A stretch of DNA of 64,000 bases, from positions 1-64,000 of the forward strand of contig JBKJLC010000013.1 in assembly GCA_046597055.1 (NCBI GenBank). The letters are read 5' to 3'. The stretch is from Kofleriaceae bacterium. GTDB taxonomy: Bacteria > Myxococcota_A > Polyangia > Haliangiales > Haliangiaceae. The notes beneath the pieces were generated by a model. That model saw nothing but the letters and a program-made list of their open reading frames with translations, had not been told where the DNA came from and ran no database searches. A program made the position numbers and the translations under genes. Positions 43,164-55,834 of the stretch are shown here, piece by piece (positions within the stretch are counted from its first letter, which is position 1; the number at the start of each line of letters is the position of its first letter).

Positions 43164-44669
43164 TCAGTCGACGTAGACGACGCGGGCGCGCACGGCCGCA
43201 TCAGAGTCGTCGGGCGGGGCCAGCGAGCCATCGGTCCACGCGGCGATGAAGCCGAGCCCGGCGAGCGGCGCCAGCGACGGCGAGCGCTGCGGCCCCTCGC
43301 GGGTGGTGGCCAGGGGCAGCGGGTCGCCGCGCGGCGTGCCGTCGAGCCGGTAGTGGCGGATCAGCACGTCGCGCTGGTCGTCGGCGCCCTCGGCCCAGGC
43401 GAACGCGACGCCGGCCGCGCCGGCCGCGACCGCCGGCGTCTGCCTGCGATCGGCCCGCACGACCTCGACCGTCGGGCCGCGCGGGGTGCCATCGGGATCG
43501 AACCAGCGCGCCTGGATCGACGACGCGTCCTGCACGTCGCGAGCCCAGGCGACCACGAAGCCGCCGTCTGGGAGCGCCGCCACCACCGGCAGCTCCGGGC
43601 GCGACGGCATCGGGGGCGCCGCCTCGACCTCCTGCTGCCCGGTGCGCGCCGTCATCCCGTCGAAGACCCGGGCCACGATCCGGTTGAGGCCGTTGGCCTG
43701 CTTGACCTCCCACACGACCACCAGGCCGCCATCGACCAGGCCGGCCACCGCCGGCGCGTCCTCGGCGATCGGATCGGCGACCCCGACCACCACCGAGTCC
43801 ACCGCCGGCGGCAGGTAGCCCAGCGCATCGACGACCTTCAACCGGACCTCGCCGCTGCTCTGGAACCGGTCCGCGGTCCGCAGCCAGGTCAACGCGAAGC
43901 CACCGCCGGCCAGGCCACCGACCGACGGCAACCGGTCGGTGCGCGCGGCGTCGAAGTCCACCGACTGCGCGTTGATCGAGCGGGCCACGCCGTCGTCGTC
44001 GCGGTAGGTCATGATCCCGAGCCGCCCGTGGACGGCGCCCGGCTCGTGCGTCTCCCACAGGATGGCGTAGGTGTCGACCGCGTGCGCGGTGGCGGTCAGG
44101 CCGTCGGCATCGACGGTGTCGGGCAGGTCGAACTCGCGGTCGGTACCGGTGGCGTCGTTGACCCGGGGCCGGGCCTCGGGCCCGAACATGCGCGCGCGGC
44201 CGGTGCGGTCGCCGTTCCAGGCGACCAGGAACCGGCCGTCGGGTCCCGCCGCAAGCTGGCGCCCGCCGTAGTACAGGTCGTTGGCCAGCGGCTGCGCGCC
44301 CACGATGTGCTCGCGATTGACGACGAAGTCGGCCGGCTCGAGCGTGATCGCGACCGCGGCGTCGGCGCCGGGCGCGACGGTGGCGGCGCCAAGACCGGCG
44401 AGCCGACCCGCGGCGTCGAGGCCCTCGATCGCGATGGTGACGTCGGCCGCGTCGCGACCGGTGGTGGCGACCACGAACGTGAGGGGCAAGGCGGCCGCCG
44501 CCGGCACGACCAGCTCGTCGGCGACGCGGTCCACGCCGTCAGCGACCTCGACCCGCAGCCGGGTGAGCGCGCGCAACGCGGGGCGCCCCCGCACGGTCAC
44601 CTCGACGGTGTCCTCGCCGCACGCGCCGGCGAGCAGCAGCAGGCTCGCCGCGATGGCGGCCGGTCTCAT
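43164..44669 (-). CDS. lipoprotein with propeller-like repeats
   Basis: Lipobox AGAC; repeated PxVAxLxDGGFVVxW..I.AR.FD.DG. Confidence 0.8.
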   Translation of the reverse strand: MRPAAIAASLLLLAGACGEDTVEVTVRGRPALRALTRLRVEVADGVDRVADELVVPAAAALPLTFVVATTGRDAADVTIAIEGLDAAGRLAGLGAATVAPGADAAVAITLEPADFVVNREHIVGAQPLANDLYYGGRQLAAGPDGRFLVAWNGDRTGRARMFGPEARPRVNDATGTDREFDLPDTVDADGLTATAHAVDTYAILWETHEPGAVHGRLGIMTYRDDDGVARSINAQSVDFDAARTDRLPSVGGLAGGGFALTWLRTADRFQSSGEVRLKVVDALGYLPPAVDSVVVGVADPIAEDAPAVAGLVDGGLVVVWEVKQANGLNRIVARVFDGMTARTGQQEVEAAPPMPSRPELPVVAALPDGGFVVAWARDVQDASSIQARWFDPDGTPRGPTVEVVRADRRQTPAVAAGAAGVAFAWAEGADDQRDVLIRHYRLDGTPRGDPLPLATTREGPQRSPSLAPLAGLGFIAAWTDGSLAPPDDSDAAVRARVVYVD

Positions 44670-45318
44670 CGGCGGAAGTCGACCACGCCCAGGTCGCTGT
44701 CGGGCAGGTCGTCGGTCGTGAGGATGATCACCGCCCCGGTCGCGGCGCTGGCCGCGACCGCCGCGCCGGCGATGAACCACCAGCGCCGGTAGACCGGCCG
44801 TGATGGCCGGGTCGGGCTCGGGCGCGCGAGGCTCGCGTCGATCCGCGCGCGGGTCTCGGCCTGGGCGCGGGCGGCCTCGGCGGCGCGGGCGGCCTCGGCG
44901 GCGCGGCTGGCCTCGCCCCGGCGTCTGGACTCGGCTTCGAGCTCGGCGATCAGTCGCTCGGTGGCGGCGCGCCGCGACGAGGTCGGATCGAGCTGCAGGT
45001 ACTTGCGATAGCCGAACACCGCCTCGTCGAGCTGGTCGAGGTTGCGGTGAGTCTGGGCGATGTTGAGGAGGGTATCGGGCAGCGGCGTGAGTTCGAACGA
45101 CTTCTCGTACTCGACCAGCGCCTCGGCGAAGCGGCCCAGCGCGAACAGCTTCTGGGCCTGGACGAAGTGGCCACGCGCGATGGCGCGGGTGCGCGCGTCA
45201 CCGTCGCCGGGACGGACGCGCGCGCCGGCCTTGGCCTTGGGGCCAGCGGCGACCGGGGGCGCCACCGCGACGAGCAGCGCCAGACCGACCAGGCCCGCGC
45301 GGATCGCACCGATGGACG

Positions 45319-45322
<4 letters not shown>
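44666..45322 (-). CDS. TPR protein with signal peptide and C-terminal hydrophobic segment
   Basis: ALGRFAEALVEYEKSF..LLNIAQ..YRKYL; PVYRRWWF+TM; ATGA overlaps on both sides. Confidence 0.85.
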
Positions 45323-46785
<1,463 letters not shown>

Positions 46786-46824
46786 GGTGCCGCAAGGCTA
46801 GCGCACCGGCCCGGCCCGATCACC

Positions 46825-48174
<1,350 letters not shown>

Positions 48175-48189
48175 GCCCGACCCGGCCCG

Positions 48190-48348
48190 CACGACCTGCC
48201 CGCCGACGTCCGCGACGGCCTGGGGGTGTCCCCGGTCGACACCCTGGCCGAGGCGCTCGCGATCACGCTGCGCGACACCACGCTGCGCGAGGGCCGCCTG
48301 GGGTTCGGCGAGCACCGCATCCTCGACGAGCGCCGGCTCGCGCTCTGA
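48190..48348 (+). pseudogene. probable 3' remnant of a Lon protease gene
   Basis: Start-less frame HDLPADVRDGLGVSPVDTLAEALAITLR...* resembles the Lon C-terminus. Confidence 0.5.
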
Positions 48349-48455
48349 CCGCACCCGGCGGCGGCGCGGCCGGCGGGCCGGCCGGCCGGCGTGGAAGGGC
48401 TCGGGCGGAACGATTGATCCCTCCCCGGGGAGCGATATGCTCCGCAAGCCCCGCC

Positions 48456-49208
48456 ATGCCCCAACACCGCGTCGTCTTCTACTTTCTCGACGAGCAGCCC
48501 ACCGACCGGGCCGCCTGGGAGGCGTGGCTCGCCGCGGCGCCGCCCCGGGTGCGGGCGATCGCCGAGCTCGGCGAGCGCCGGCCGTTCGTCTCGGCCGCCG
48601 CGCCCTTTGCCGGCCGCGACGCGGCCGAGACCCGTCGCAACGACGAGGCCGCCGGGCTCGAGGTGGTCAAGGAGCTGGTCGAGAACCTGGGCGCCCTCGC
48701 CGGCGCGACCGCGCGCTCGATCGGCCTGCTCCTGGCCGGCCGCGGGTTCGGCACCGTCGGACCGGACGGCCCCGACGCCGCGCTGACGGCGAAGCTGGAG
48801 GAGTGGGGCAGCCTGGTCGAGGCGAGACCGCCGGACGAGCCTGAGTGGGAGCGCAAGGGCTGGGTCTCGGTCTGGGCCGGCACGGTGCCGCGCGAGGACT
48901 ACGACCACCTGCTCCGCGAGCTGCATGCGATCGACGGTCCGATCTCGGCGTTCGCGCGCGCGATCCACATCCGGTACTACGACAAGAAGAGCTGCCAGGG
49001 CTTCCACAGCCGCGAGCCGCTGCCCGCCGGCGCCGCGATCGGCAAGCTCCCGTTCGCGGCAAGCTTCCTCGACCTCATCCCGGCCGAGGTGCGCGAGCGC
49101 GTCGTCAACGCGGTGATCGTGCTCTACGAGACCGACTTCACCGAGCGACCGCGCGATGCCGCCCGCCGCCGGCTCCGCTACTGCGGCTCGTACCCGTACA
49201 AGGGCTGA
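48456..49208 (+). CDS. protein with C-terminal Imm22-like immunity domain
   Basis: VSVWAG..S.F....YYD..F..SF..NAVIVLY..F..LRYCGSYPY pattern. Confidence 0.6.
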   Translation: MPQHRVVFYFLDEQPTDRAAWEAWLAAAPPRVRAIAELGERRPFVSAAAPFAGRDAAETRRNDEAAGLEVVKELVENLGALAGATARSIGLLLAGRGFGTVGPDGPDAALTAKLEEWGSLVEARPPDEPEWERKGWVSVWAGTVPREDYDHLLRELHAIDGPISAFARAIHIRYYDKKSCQGFHSREPLPAGAAIGKLPFAASFLDLIPAEVRERVVNAVIVLYETDFTERPRDAARRRLRYCGSYPYKG

Positions 49209-49217
49209 CCCGGCGGC

Positions 49218-49493
49218 TCAGCGCCGCTTGCCGTTGGAGCGGCCGACCATGGCGCGGAGGTCATCGGCCGACACGCTGGGCAGGTAGTCGGGGAGCAGCC
49301 AGACCACGTTCGAGCAGAACATGCCCCGCTGGTCGCGCAGGCGGAACGAGATCGTGTGATCGCGCGGCGCGCGGTGGCCGCCGTAGTCACCGCGACCGCC
49401 GAACACCGCATCGCAGTCGGGGAACGCCTCGCGGAGGACGCGGCGCACGCGGGTCATCTCGGCGCTGGTCGCCTTCCGGTTCTGGTTGCCCAT
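49218..49493 (-). CDS. small basic hypothetical protein
   Basis: 91-aa ORF with GAGGG upstream of the ATG. Confidence 0.55.
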   Translation of the reverse strand: MGNQNRKATSAEMTRVRRVLREAFPDCDAVFGGRGDYGGHRAPRDHTISFRLRDQRGMFCSNVVWLLPDYLPSVSADDLRAMVGRSNGKRR

Positions 49494-49560
49494 GGGTCGT
49501 CCCTCGTTCCGAGCCGCGCAGCCTGGCGGCCATGCCGGGCCTTCAGGGGCCCGCACTCAC

Positions 49561-49701
49561 AAATTCGATCACTTGCTCTTCCGTTCGTCCTGAGCGCAGC
49601 CCGGCGCGAAGCGGCGGGCGAAGTCGAAGGACGACCATCGCGCGGCGGGCGTCCTTCGACTTCGAGCTCGCCTGCGCTCGCTCTGCGCTCAGGACGATCG
49701 G
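49561..49701. repeat. REPIN-like inverted pair
   Basis: TCGTCCTGAGCGCAG..AAGTCGAAGGAC / GTCCTTCGACTT..CTGCGCTCAGGACGA long hairpin. Confidence 0.85.
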
Positions 49702-49842
49702 AAAAGCTGCTCAATCGCGATCGCTTGCGCCTACCTCATCGGCATTGAGCCTAGCGGACGAGTCGACCTGGGCGAGCGGCAAGCTCGGGCACAAAGCCGT
49801 GGCCGCCTCGGGGGCGCCTTGTTTTCAACTAGTTACACGAAG

Positions 49843-49870
49843 TGCATCCAATCTCGCGCGGGCGACGAAC
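49843..49870 (+). promoter_or_regulatory. ECF sigma promoter TGCATCC-N16-CGAAC
   Basis: Same boxes and spacing as the two copies at 55722-55789. Confidence 0.7.
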
Positions 49871-49886
49871 GGCTATAGTGCAGCCC

Positions 49887-51140
49887 ATGCTCTCGCCACC
49901 GACGGGGCCCGATCCGAAGCCCGACCCGGAGCTGCTCCCGCCGGGATCCGCGGTGGGCGAGTACGTGCTGGGCGAGCTGCTCGGGGCGGGCGGGTTCGCG
50001 CGCGTCTACCGCGCCGACCACGCCGTGCTGTCCAGCCGCGTCGCGATCAAGGTCATCACGCGGGCGCTCGCGCTGGATGCCGAGGCCTCCCAGCGGTTCC
50101 TCAACGAGGTGCTGGCGGCCAGCCGCATCGATCATCCCGGCGTCGTCCGCGTGCTCGGCTACGGCAAGCTCCCCGACGGCCGCGCCTATCAGGTGATGGA
50201 GCTGATCGACGGCCCTTCCCTCGACGATCATCTCGAGGCGCACGGTCGCCCGCCGATCGACGAGTCGCTGCGCATGCTCGAGGCCATCGCCGCGGCCCTC
50301 GACGCGGCCCACGCGGCCGGCATCGTCCATCGCGATCTCAAGCCCGCGAACATCTTGCTCGCGCCGGCCGGCCCCGGCGTGGAGCCGCGCCTCGCCGACT
50401 TCGGCATCGCCAAGGCGTTCGCGGCCGACGAGAACCCGCACCTCACGCGCACCGGCACCACCCTCGGGACCCCGACGTACATGTCCCCGGAGCAGGCGCT
50501 GGGCCGCCGCACCGGGCCGGCCAGCGACGTGTACTCGTTCGGCGTGGTCGCGTTCGAGCTGCTCACCGGGCGGGTGCCCTTCGAGGGGAGCTCGCCGCTC
50601 GAGACGATGATGCTCCACGTCCAGCAGCCGCCGCCCCTGGCGTCGAGCGCGGCGCCTGAGCTCGGCACGGCGTTCGATGCGCCCCTGGCGCAGCTCCTCG
50701 CCAAGGCCGCCGACGATCGCCCGACCACGGTCGCCGAGGCGATGCGCGCGCTGCGGACCGGCGGGGATCGACGGTGGGCATCGGGGGCGCAGGGGCGTGC
50801 GCGTCGGCTGCCGTGGGTCGTCGGGTTCGCCTGCCTCGCGCTCGCGGCCGGGTTCCTCTACGTCACCGCGCGCCGACCGGCCGCGACGCCCGCGAGTCAG
50901 CCACGGCTCGTCACGCCGATCGCGGCACCCGTCCTCCCGCCGCCCACGGCCCCGCCACCGCCCGCACCGTTCGCCCAGCCGGCCGCCGACGACGGCGCCA
51001 CCACCCGCACCCGGCGGCCCACGCGACCTCGCGCCGCGGCGGCGCGCGACCCGGTTCGCCCCACGACCACGACCGACGGTCCGGCGGCGCCGGAGCGCCC
51101 CGCCGACACGCTCGAGGCTCCACCGGACTACGCACCCTGA
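49887..51140 (+). CDS. membrane Ser/Thr protein kinase
   Basis: GAGGFARVY, VAIK, HRDLKPAN, DFG, GTPTYMSPE, TM. Confidence 0.95.
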   Translation: MLSPPTGPDPKPDPELLPPGSAVGEYVLGELLGAGGFARVYRADHAVLSSRVAIKVITRALALDAEASQRFLNEVLAASRIDHPGVVRVLGYGKLPDGRAYQVMELIDGPSLDDHLEAHGRPPIDESLRMLEAIAAALDAAHAAGIVHRDLKPANILLAPAGPGVEPRLADFGIAKAFAADENPHLTRTGTTLGTPTYMSPEQALGRRTGPASDVYSFGVVAFELLTGRVPFEGSSPLETMMLHVQQPPPLASSAAPELGTAFDAPLAQLLAKAADDRPTTVAEAMRALRTGGDRRWASGAQGRARRLPWVVGFACLALAAGFLYVTARRPAATPASQPRLVTPIAAPVLPPPTAPPPPAPFAQPAADDGATTRTRRPTRPRAAAARDPVRPTTTTDGPAAPERPADTLEAPPDYAP

Positions 51141-51154
51141 CCTGGAAGTGAACG

Positions 51155-53041
51155 ATGCCCGTCAAGCCGTTGCTGGTTGTCACGCTGCTCCTCGTCAGCG
51201 CCTGCGCCGATCTGGAGGCGGTCGAACCCGGGGTCTGCGGCAACCTCGTGGTCGAGCCCGGCGAGCAATGTGACGGCGCCGAGACCTGCGGCTCGCTCGC
51301 GGCGGCGGCGTGCCGGTTCACCTGCGAACCCGGCGTGACGGCGTGCCCGGGCGCGCTGGCTTGCTCGGCCCAGGGCGTTTGCGTCGCCAGCGCCGGCACC
51401 TTCGTCCCCTACGACCAGGCGCGGCGGTACCAGCTGCCCGCCGACCGGCTCGTGGTCGGCGATCTCGACGGCGACCGGCGCGACGATCTGATCGGCGTGG
51501 CGGAGTCGATCCGGGTCCGGTTCGGCGATCAGGACGCGCCGCTGCTGGCGTCGTACGAGAAGCGCATCCGCCCCCCGACCGGAGCGGCGGCGTTCGGGCA
51601 GCTCGACGACCGGCCGGGCCTCGACGTGGTGTTCCCCACCGCCGACGGCGTCTTCACGCTGCTGGCCCGGGGCCGCGAGCTGGACGCGGTCCCCTACGCC
51701 AGCGCCCAGACGCTCCCCGATGACCGCGCCGGGGCGTGCGCGCCCTCGGCCGGCTGGGCCGCGTGCCGGCGCGCCGACCTCAACGATGATGGCCTGCTCG
51801 ACCGGGTCGGCTTCGCCGCGGATCGCGACAACCTCGAGATCGAGCTGGCCCGCGCCGTCGGTGGCCCGGTGTCGTTCGTGGTGGACACGCTCGACGTGGT
51901 CACCGACCTGACGACCGGCGACTTCGACGGCGACGGGTTCGACGACATCGGCTTCGCGACCCGCTCGGTCGACGGCGCGGACGACGGGGTCCACGTGGTG
52001 TACGGGGCGCCCCAGCCGGTGGCGTTCGCGACCGCGCAGGTGGCCGCCGCGCGCGACATCACCGGCGTGTCCGCCGGCGACCTCGACGAGCCCTCGGACG
52101 GGCTGGCGGATCTCGCGGTCGAGCGCCGGACCGACGACCTCACGAGCGTCGCGGTCTACCTGGGCGACTCGTCGCGCGATCTGTCGGCGCCGTTCCGGCT
52201 CGACAGCGACCGCGCCCGGCTCGACGTCCCGTACGCCCTGGTCGCCGGCGAGTTCGTCGGTGGACCCGGCTCCGGCGTCGACGTGATGGCCTACGCGCGC
52301 AACACCGCGGAGCCCGACAAGACCTACTTCTGGTGGCTGCGCGGCCTCGGCGAGGCCCAGCTCACGGTCGGCGCGGTCGACCCGGTCGACGCGAGCTCGC
52401 TGCGGTTCCTCGAAGGGCAGTGGCGGGTGGCCGATCTGTTCGTCGATCCGAGCACGGGCAACGGGCCCGACGAGGTGATCGGCCTGTCGCCGCTCGCGCC
52501 CGGCTGCGCCGGCCCGGCGCTGACCGCGGCGGTCCCGAGCGCGCGGTTCACGGCGACCGAGCTGCTGCGCAGCGCGTGCCTGACCGTCGACGGCGCGGGC
52601 TGGCAGCCGGCGCTGGTCGGCGTGCTCGCGGGGACCACGACCCATCGGTCGATCGCGGTCGCCCGGCGCGAGGACCGCTGGTGGCTCGGCCAGAGCGAGG
52701 ACCTCGAGCGGGCCACGGTCGACAACCAGCTCGGCGGCGCGGAGCTCGCGCTCGGCGCCGGGTGCCGCGATCCCCAGCTGTGGTCACAGACCCCCGACGC
52801 CGGGACCTTCGTGAGCTGGGCGTGCGCGGGACCGATCGCGACGTCCATCGTGGCGTGGCGCGCCCCGCGTGGGGAGGCCGAGTCCACCACGGTGCTCGAC
52901 GGGCTGCCGCGGGGCGCGTCCCACGTCACCGGCGACTTCAACGGCGACGGCCTGACCGACCTCGTGGTCCGGACCGATCGCGAGATCGCCGTGCTCTTGC
53001 AGTGCTCGACCGACATGGTGGGCACGACCGCTGGGTGCTGA
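51155..53041 (+). CDS. FG-GAP/VCBS-repeat lipoprotein with Cys-rich N-terminus
   Basis: Lipobox VSAC; CGNLVVEPGEQCDG; GDLDGD..D, GDFDGDGFDD, GDFNGDGLTD. Confidence 0.88.
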   Translation: MPVKPLLVVTLLLVSACADLEAVEPGVCGNLVVEPGEQCDGAETCGSLAAAACRFTCEPGVTACPGALACSAQGVCVASAGTFVPYDQARRYQLPADRLVVGDLDGDRRDDLIGVAESIRVRFGDQDAPLLASYEKRIRPPTGAAAFGQLDDRPGLDVVFPTADGVFTLLARGRELDAVPYASAQTLPDDRAGACAPSAGWAACRRADLNDDGLLDRVGFAADRDNLEIELARAVGGPVSFVVDTLDVVTDLTTGDFDGDGFDDIGFATRSVDGADDGVHVVYGAPQPVAFATAQVAAARDITGVSAGDLDEPSDGLADLAVERRTDDLTSVAVYLGDSSRDLSAPFRLDSDRARLDVPYALVAGEFVGGPGSGVDVMAYARNTAEPDKTYFWWLRGLGEAQLTVGAVDPVDASSLRFLEGQWRVADLFVDPSTGNGPDEVIGLSPLAPGCAGPALTAAVPSARFTATELLRSACLTVDGAGWQPALVGVLAGTTTHRSIAVARREDRWWLGQSEDLERATVDNQLGGAELALGAGCRDPQLWSQTPDAGTFVSWACAGPIATSIVAWRAPRGEAESTTVLDGLPRGASHVTGDFNGDGLTDLVVRTDREIAVLLQCSTDMVGTTAGC

Positions 53042-53042
53042 C

Positions 53043-54236
53043 GTGCCACGGATCGCCCGGTGGCTCGTCGCGATCGTGCTCGCCGCGCCGGCGGTGGGCT
53101 GGGCCCAGGCATCGCCCTCCCGCGCGGAGACCGCCGCGGCCCGCGAAGCCGGCGAGGCCGCGTTCCGGGTCGGCGCCCAGGCGTTCCGCGCCAACCAGTT
53201 CGACGTGGCCGCGCGCGCCCTCGAGCAGGCCTATCAGCTCGATCCGCGGCCGGAGACCGCGTTCTCGATCGCGCAGGCCAACCGGCTCCAGTACTACCTC
53301 GACCGGGTGCCGTGGCGCATCCAGCGCGCGGTCCAGCTGTACCAGGTCTATCTCGAGCGGTTGCCGGCCGGGCCCCGCGCCCAGGACGCGATCGATCGGC
53401 TGGCGGTGCTCGAACCCGCGCTCGCGGAGCTGCGCCAGCGCGGCGAGCTCACGCCGTACGTCGCGCCGGTGCGCACCGAGCTCGTGGTCGGGGCCGACGT
53501 CGACCGCGCGGCGGTGACCATCGACGGCCGGCCGGTCGAGCTGTGGCAGCCCCTCGCGGTCGCGGCCGGCGCGCACGAGATCGTCGTGGACGCGCCGGGA
53601 TACCAGCCCGCGCGCCGCCGCGTGGTGATCGCCGCCGGGCGGTTCTTGCCGGTCGACGTCTCGCTGCAGGCAAAACCCGGGCGCATCCGGGTCCGCGCCG
53701 AGCCGGGGTCGACCGTGTTCGTCGACGGGCGACGCCGGGGCAGCGCGGCCGCGGACGTCGAGGTCCCGGCCGGCGAGCACTTCATCAGCGTGACCCATCG
53801 GGGGCGCGAGCCATGGAGCCAGACCGCCCGGGTCGGGCGCGACCAGGTGGTGGCGCTCGACGCGACGCTGCGGCCGACCGGCCAGCGACGGGTCGCGCGC
53901 TGGGTGATGGTCACCGCCGGGACCCTGGCGGTCGGGGCGGGGGCTACCAGCCTCTGGGCCTATTCGGCGCGCCGCGAAGCGCGCGCGCTCGACGACGACC
54001 GACGCGCGCAGGGCGCGACCCCCGAGACGCTCGCGCGCTACAACGCGCTGGTCGACGACGACCAGCACCGGCGCGGCCTGGCCCTGGGCCTGGGCATCGC
54101 CGCGCTCTCGTCGGCCGCCCTGGGCGCGGCGATGTGGTGGTTCGATCAGGAGCCACCGGGCGCGCAGCCAAGCCTCGAGGTGGCGCCCGGCATGGGCGTC
54201 GACCAGGCCGGCGTGGTGATCACGGGCCGGTTCTGA
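53043..54236 (+). CDS. TPR + PEGA domain protein
   Basis: Signal peptide, TPR, two A.V.IDG..AG.H.I.V..GY repeats, C-terminal hydrophobic hairpin ending GRF. Confidence 0.88.
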   Translation: MPRIARWLVAIVLAAPAVGWAQASPSRAETAAAREAGEAAFRVGAQAFRANQFDVAARALEQAYQLDPRPETAFSIAQANRLQYYLDRVPWRIQRAVQLYQVYLERLPAGPRAQDAIDRLAVLEPALAELRQRGELTPYVAPVRTELVVGADVDRAAVTIDGRPVELWQPLAVAAGAHEIVVDAPGYQPARRRVVIAAGRFLPVDVSLQAKPGRIRVRAEPGSTVFVDGRRRGSAAADVEVPAGEHFISVTHRGREPWSQTARVGRDQVVALDATLRPTGQRRVARWVMVTAGTLAVGAGATSLWAYSARREARALDDDRRAQGATPETLARYNALVDDDQHRRGLALGLGIAALSSAALGAAMWWFDQEPPGAQPSLEVAPGMGVDQAGVVITGRF

Positions 54237-55071
54237 TCACCTCGGCGGACAGCACCACGCGGTCCCGACGCGAGACCACCACGCCGTCCGGCGGTTCGAG
54301 GGTGACCAGGAAGCGGACCGCGCGGTCGATGGGCATCTGCGGCTCGACCGCGACCACGGTCGGCCCGACCGCCGCCGCGTCGAACAGGGCCCCGTGGACC
54401 GGGTAGCGGACGTCGCGCGCTGCGTCGAAGATCCACAGCTGATACCGCTCGCGGGCGGGATCGTTGGGCGGCAGCGCGCTGAACCGAGCGACGCCGCGCT
54501 GACGCGACTCGCTCCACACCAGCTCGCCGGCGGCGGCGCCGCCGGCCCGGACGTCGTCGGCCGTCCAGGCCATGCTGATCGCGTCGGGTGCCTCGACGAT
54601 CGGCGCGGCCTGGCGGTCGCCGTTCGCCGGGGTGCTGCGCGGCCCGACCAGCCAGGCGCCGGCCGCGACCAGGGTCGCCGCGGCGGCGACCGACCACCCG
54701 GTGACGGTGGCCACCCGCCAACCCGGGCGCACCGGTCGGGTGGTGGCGCGCGCCCGTACCCGACCGATCGGCTGCGGCAGATCGGCGGCGACCGCGGGCA
54801 CCGCCGGGGCGGTCATCGGGACGGTCGGGACGATCGCGCGGGCCGCACCGGGAGCCGTCGCGAGCACCTTGGCGGCGACCGACGCGGGCAGCTCCTGGTA
54901 CGGCAGGGTCGCGAGGTCCACCGCCGCCGCCGCGAGCTCGAAGCTGAGGTCCTCATCGGCGCCGAGCCGTTCCAGCTCGGCGGCCGCGGCGGCATCGAGG
55001 CCGTCGGTGGCCCGCTGCGCGAGCAGGTCCTGGGCGCGCAGCGCTTCGAGCTCGTTGCGAGGTCGGGTCAC
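54220..55071 (-). CDS. RskA-type anti-sigma factor
   Basis: Single TM; C-terminal GELVWS..LPPNDP..YQLWIFD..F.VTLEP.DG; GTGA overlap with the sigma gene. Confidence 0.88.
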   Translation of the reverse strand: MTRPRNELEALRAQDLLAQRATDGLDAAAAAELERLGADEDLSFELAAAAVDLATLPYQELPASVAAKVLATAPGAARAIVPTVPMTAPAVPAVAADLPQPIGRVRARATTRPVRPGWRVATVTGWSVAAAATLVAAGAWLVGPRSTPANGDRQAAPIVEAPDAISMAWTADDVRAGGAAAGELVWSESRQRGVARFSALPPNDPARERYQLWIFDAARDVRYPVHGALFDAAAVGPTVVAVEPQMPIDRAVRFLVTLEPPDGVVVSRRDRVVLSAEVIRTGP

Positions 55072-55634
55072 GGCACCTCCTCCATTGTATCGCCGAGCAG
55101 CGCGGCGCGGATCGCGATCAAGCCGCGTCGCGCGTGGGCCTTGACCGTGCCGAGCGGGAAGCCGGTCTCGGCCGCGATCTCGCCATGCGACATCCCCTGG
55201 CAGGCTCCCAGCAGGAGCACCAGCCGGGGATCGGGCCGGAGCTGTTCGAGCGCGCGCACCGCCATCGCCGCCTCGGCCCGGATGTCGGGCGCGACGCTGG
55301 CGTCGGCCAGCGTCAGCGCCTGGTCCAGCGGATCGACCCGGGGTCGGCGGGCCCGCGCCCGCCGCCGATCGATCAGCCGGCGGCGCGCGATCATCGCGAT
55401 GAACGCGAGCTCCGACGCGATCGCCGGATCGAACCGCGCCGCGCTCTTCCAGAGATCCAGGAAGATCTCCTGGACCGCGTCCTCGGCGTCCTGCGGATCC
55501 GAGCGGCGGGCCAGCGACCACACGATCCCGCCGTAGCGGGCGAGGACCTCGCGTACCGCTGCCTCGTCACCGCCGGCCACCCGGGGCAGGAGCGGCGGCG
55601 GTGGCGGCGGGGTCGCGGTCGGGCTGGCGACCAT
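55068..55634 (-). CDS. ECF RNA polymerase sigma factor (SigK-like)
   Basis: DAEDAVQEIFLDLW, ARRRLIDRRR, GMSHGEIA..PLGTVK; alternative start at 55709. Confidence 0.93.
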   Translation of the reverse strand: MVASPTATPPPPPPLLPRVAGGDEAAVREVLARYGGIVWSLARRSDPQDAEDAVQEIFLDLWKSAARFDPAIASELAFIAMIARRRLIDRRRARARRPRVDPLDQALTLADASVAPDIRAEAAMAVRALEQLRPDPRLVLLLGACQGMSHGEIAAETGFPLGTVKAHARRGLIAIRAALLGDTMEEVP

Positions 55635-55721
55635 GGCCGAGCACTCTACCGGCATCTCGGCGCGAGCGCAGGCAGCCGGGTCACGAGCGACGAGCGTGAG
55701 CGCGGGCATGGCGTCTCATGG

Positions 55722-55750
55722 AGTTCGCCGGGCCCGCCCCCGTGGATGCA
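55722..55750 (-). promoter_or_regulatory. ECF promoter TGCATCC-N16-CGAACT (autoregulatory)
   Basis: Points to the sigma/anti-sigma operon. Confidence 0.8.
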
Positions 55751-55760
55751 GTCGCGTGCC

Positions 55761-55789
55761 TGCATCCAGTTTCGCCGCGCCTGCGAACT
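55761..55789 (+). promoter_or_regulatory. ECF promoter TGCATCC-N16-CGAACT
   Basis: Points to the fasciclin gene; back-to-back with the minus-strand copy. Confidence 0.8.
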
Positions 55790-55834
55790 GGGGAAGGAAC
55801 GATCGATTCCCTTTGACCCAGAACGAGGACTCCC

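Noticed and set aside
44860..44915. Short tandem DNA repeat
   Set aside because: Encodes the AAEAAR helical linker of the TPR protein.
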